Origin: Laetmonice hystrix
Lineage: Eukaryota
NCBI GenBank assembly: GCA_965235115.1
Contig: OZ249440.1
Span: 2,790,001-2,854,000, forward strand
Reading direction: 5' to 3'
Length of the DNA stretch: 64,000 nucleotides
Shown: positions 61,880 through 64,000 of the stretch, piece after piece
Layout: the number at the start of each line of letters is the position of its first letter
Position numbering within the stretch: position 1 is the stretch's first letter
Notes under the pieces: model-generated
Databases searched by the model: none
Seen by the model: only the letters and a program-made list of their open reading frames with translations
What the model was told of the DNA's origin: nothing
Position numbers and translations under genes: made by a program

Positions 61880-62461
61880 TCACTGATAGACGTATGGACT
61901 GATTGGCTATAATCACTGAGAGAGGTACTGATTGGCTATAATCACTGAGAGAGGTACTGATTGGCTATAATCACTGAGAGAGGTATTGACTGATTGGCTA
62001 TAATCACTGAGAGAGGTACTGACTGATTGGCTTTAATCACTGAGAGAGGTACTGACTGATTGGTTATAATCACTGAGAGAGGTACTGACTGATTGGTTAT
62101 AATCACTGAGAGAGGTACTGACTGATTGGCTATAATCACTGAGAGAGGTACTGACTGATTGGCTATAATCACTGAGAGAGGTACTGACTGATTGGCTATA
62201 ATCACTGAGAGAGGTACTGACTGATTGGCTATAATCACTGAGAGACGTATTCTCTGATTGGCTATAATCACTGAGAGAGGTACTGACTGATTGGTTATAA
62301 TCGTTAAGAGACCCATTGACTGATTGGCTATAATCACTGAGAGAGGTACTGACTGATTGGTTATAATCACTGAGAGAGGTACTGACTGATTGGTTATAAT
62401 CGTTAAGAGACACATTGACTGATTGGCTATAATCGTTGAGATACGTATTTCCTGATTGGCT
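61880..62461. repeat. 33-bp minisatellite (~17 copies)
   Basis: actgactgattggctataatcactgagagaggt; source of the IANQSVPLSVI / SLSDYSQSVST ORFs. Confidence 0.95.
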
Positions 62462-63395
62462 GTAATATGTTGACAGTACAAGAAATAACGATGTGTTCTA
62501 CCCGATCTCCTGTCCCCGAATCACCCCCACCCCCACCCCCACCCCCACCAGCGGGTGAGACTGGGGGTGTGTAAACAGGCCGCCACTGGTGGATTGGGTC
62601 ATCACGATGGACCACAGATCTCCTCGCGACCACCAACGGATCCTGACCCCGCCTGACCCTGACCTAGATACATATCAGCAACCACCACAGCGGACATACA
62701 AGGCGCCTTCTCATTCGATAACTGCCCGCCCTGCTCCATCCCACCGCCGCCACCACCACCACCAGCGGATTGGTGGTGGTGGTTGTTCCAAGCACCACCA
62801 TCCATCTGCTCACTGCTCCGCCATACGTGTCCATCTCACCCGGTATTATAGCATGATCATAGCCAACATGCCTGGGACTGGGTGTAACCTCTAGAGTAGG
62901 GGGGAGGGGTCAGACTGGGGGGGGGGGTACTCAGACTGGGGGAGAGGGGGGACTCAGACTAGGAGACTGGGGGCAGGGAGGGGGGCGGTGAATCGTGAAC
63001 TAGCCCACAGTGCTTTTTGTCTAAGTGTTTTTGTCTAAGTGTTTTTGTCTAAGTGGTTGGACCAATCTATAGTGGATGGCTATATTGGTTGATCCGAGAT
63101 GGTTTCGCCACATTAAACCATCTACTGGCTATAGATAATAAGATGGGGCTTATTATACAGCTACAGGTTTACACTGATGGACGGGAGTGGGTGGGCCCGA
63201 CGCACCAGGCACAAGTCAGGGGAATACTTGTGTCAGTGGTGGTGTGGTAGTTAGCGGGGATCTGTCAGGCCTGGTGCAGAGCAAGGGTTACAACCCCTAC
63301 CCCTCCGCAGCCCCCCCCCCCCCCCCTTGACATGACCCTGTTGCTGTAACCCGCGGTGTTTGTCGCGTACCCGACCAGATATGGTCAGCCGTTTA

Positions 63396-63692
63396 TGCCC
63401 CAATCACACTGGATGAAGACCTAACGGCGACCAATGCCGACCTAGCAGATCGCCGTTGGTCGCCGTCAAAAGGTGACGCTTTTAGATCCACGGCGACCCT
63501 ACGGCGTAAATTTTGTGCATGTTCAAAATTGGTCGCCGCTAATGGCGCTCATGGTGACCATATGACGACCCAAGGAGACACTATCTCGCTCCCACGACGC
63601 TCAGAAGGACCTCAGGGCACTCTATCCGCGCTCTACGGCGATCTGGCCCATTTTCTAGAGCGCAGCTAGATCGCCTTCTAGTGTGATGGGGT
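63396..63692. mobile_element. MITE with CCCC(A)ATCACACT termini; a second, inverted copy starts at ~63939 and runs off the window
   Basis: Ends tgccccaatcacactgg / ctagtgtgatggggta; 63633-63691 is the exact reverse complement of 63942-64000. TSD not resolved. Confidence 0.7.
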
Positions 63693-64000
63693 AACCAACG
63701 ATCAATGAGTCTGTGTACAACCTGTCCAACTCACACAAACTACAAACAGATCCCACAGAAAGCACCCTCAGTCAGCCCTCATCCTCTCTACCCATTCATG
63801 ACCCCAGAGGTCACAATAGTACGTCACGGACCCAATCGTATCTGTAACGTCACCACAGTATCTGTGACGTCACGGCCCCATCGTATCTGTGACGTCACGG
63901 CACAGACTCACAATGTTTGTCGCGTCCCCGGCCGTTTATACCCCCATCACACTAGAAGGCGATCTAGCTGCGCTCTAGAAAATGGGCCAGATCGCCGTAG

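Noticed and set aside
550-62461. CRISPR-like arrays
   Set aside because: All arrays are head-to-tail repeats without unique spacers, there are no cas genes, and the context is eukaryotic.
550-62461. Apparent excess of satellite units with lengths divisible by 3
   Set aside because: About half of the units in a small sample; not convincing, and none has exon-like boundaries.
60530-62481. Repetitive ORFs (MSWLASRGPDGG..., IANQSVPLSVI...)
   Set aside because: Products of the 69-bp and 33-bp satellites.
62502-62663. Candidate upstream exon VRVRRGQDPL...GGGGGGGGGDSGTGDR
   Set aside because: Phase fits, but the acceptor lacks a pyrimidine tract and the poly-Gly comes from a (GGGGGT)n microsatellite.

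Overview
Eukaryotic (animal) genomic DNA, most likely a marine invertebrate; a lophotrochozoan such as a mollusc is my inference from gene content and repeat types. There are no prokaryotic features, CRISPR arrays, rRNA or tRNA genes. The left end holds a compact cluster: the first coding exon of RNF103 (-), an intronless METTL21-family methyltransferase (-), and a 5-exon SPATA24 orthologue (+) head-to-head with it. The rest of the window (10.5 to at least 58.7 kb, minus strand) is one large hillarin/KY/LTD-1-like gene, which I reconstructed by hand with consistent GT-AG splice phases (about 1,680 codons, 5' end unresolved). It has two transglutaminase-like + Ig-like modules with identical intron positions, and both appear to lack the catalytic Cys. 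Between the modules lies the most striking structure: at least nine symmetric phase-0 exons of 102-132 nt, mostly mutually homologous (QY(D/N)QY...SP..GQF...PGSQ) and mostly with unusual CAG|GTTGG donors. The ORF track misses most of these; they look like a combinatorially spliced variable-length linker. The introns contain about 18 unrelated tandem arrays, CAG-terminated MITEs with 5/6-bp TSDs, palindromic MITEs (one with a satellite grown from its central hairpin) and a Helentron-type element. Splice models are predictions from sequence alone.
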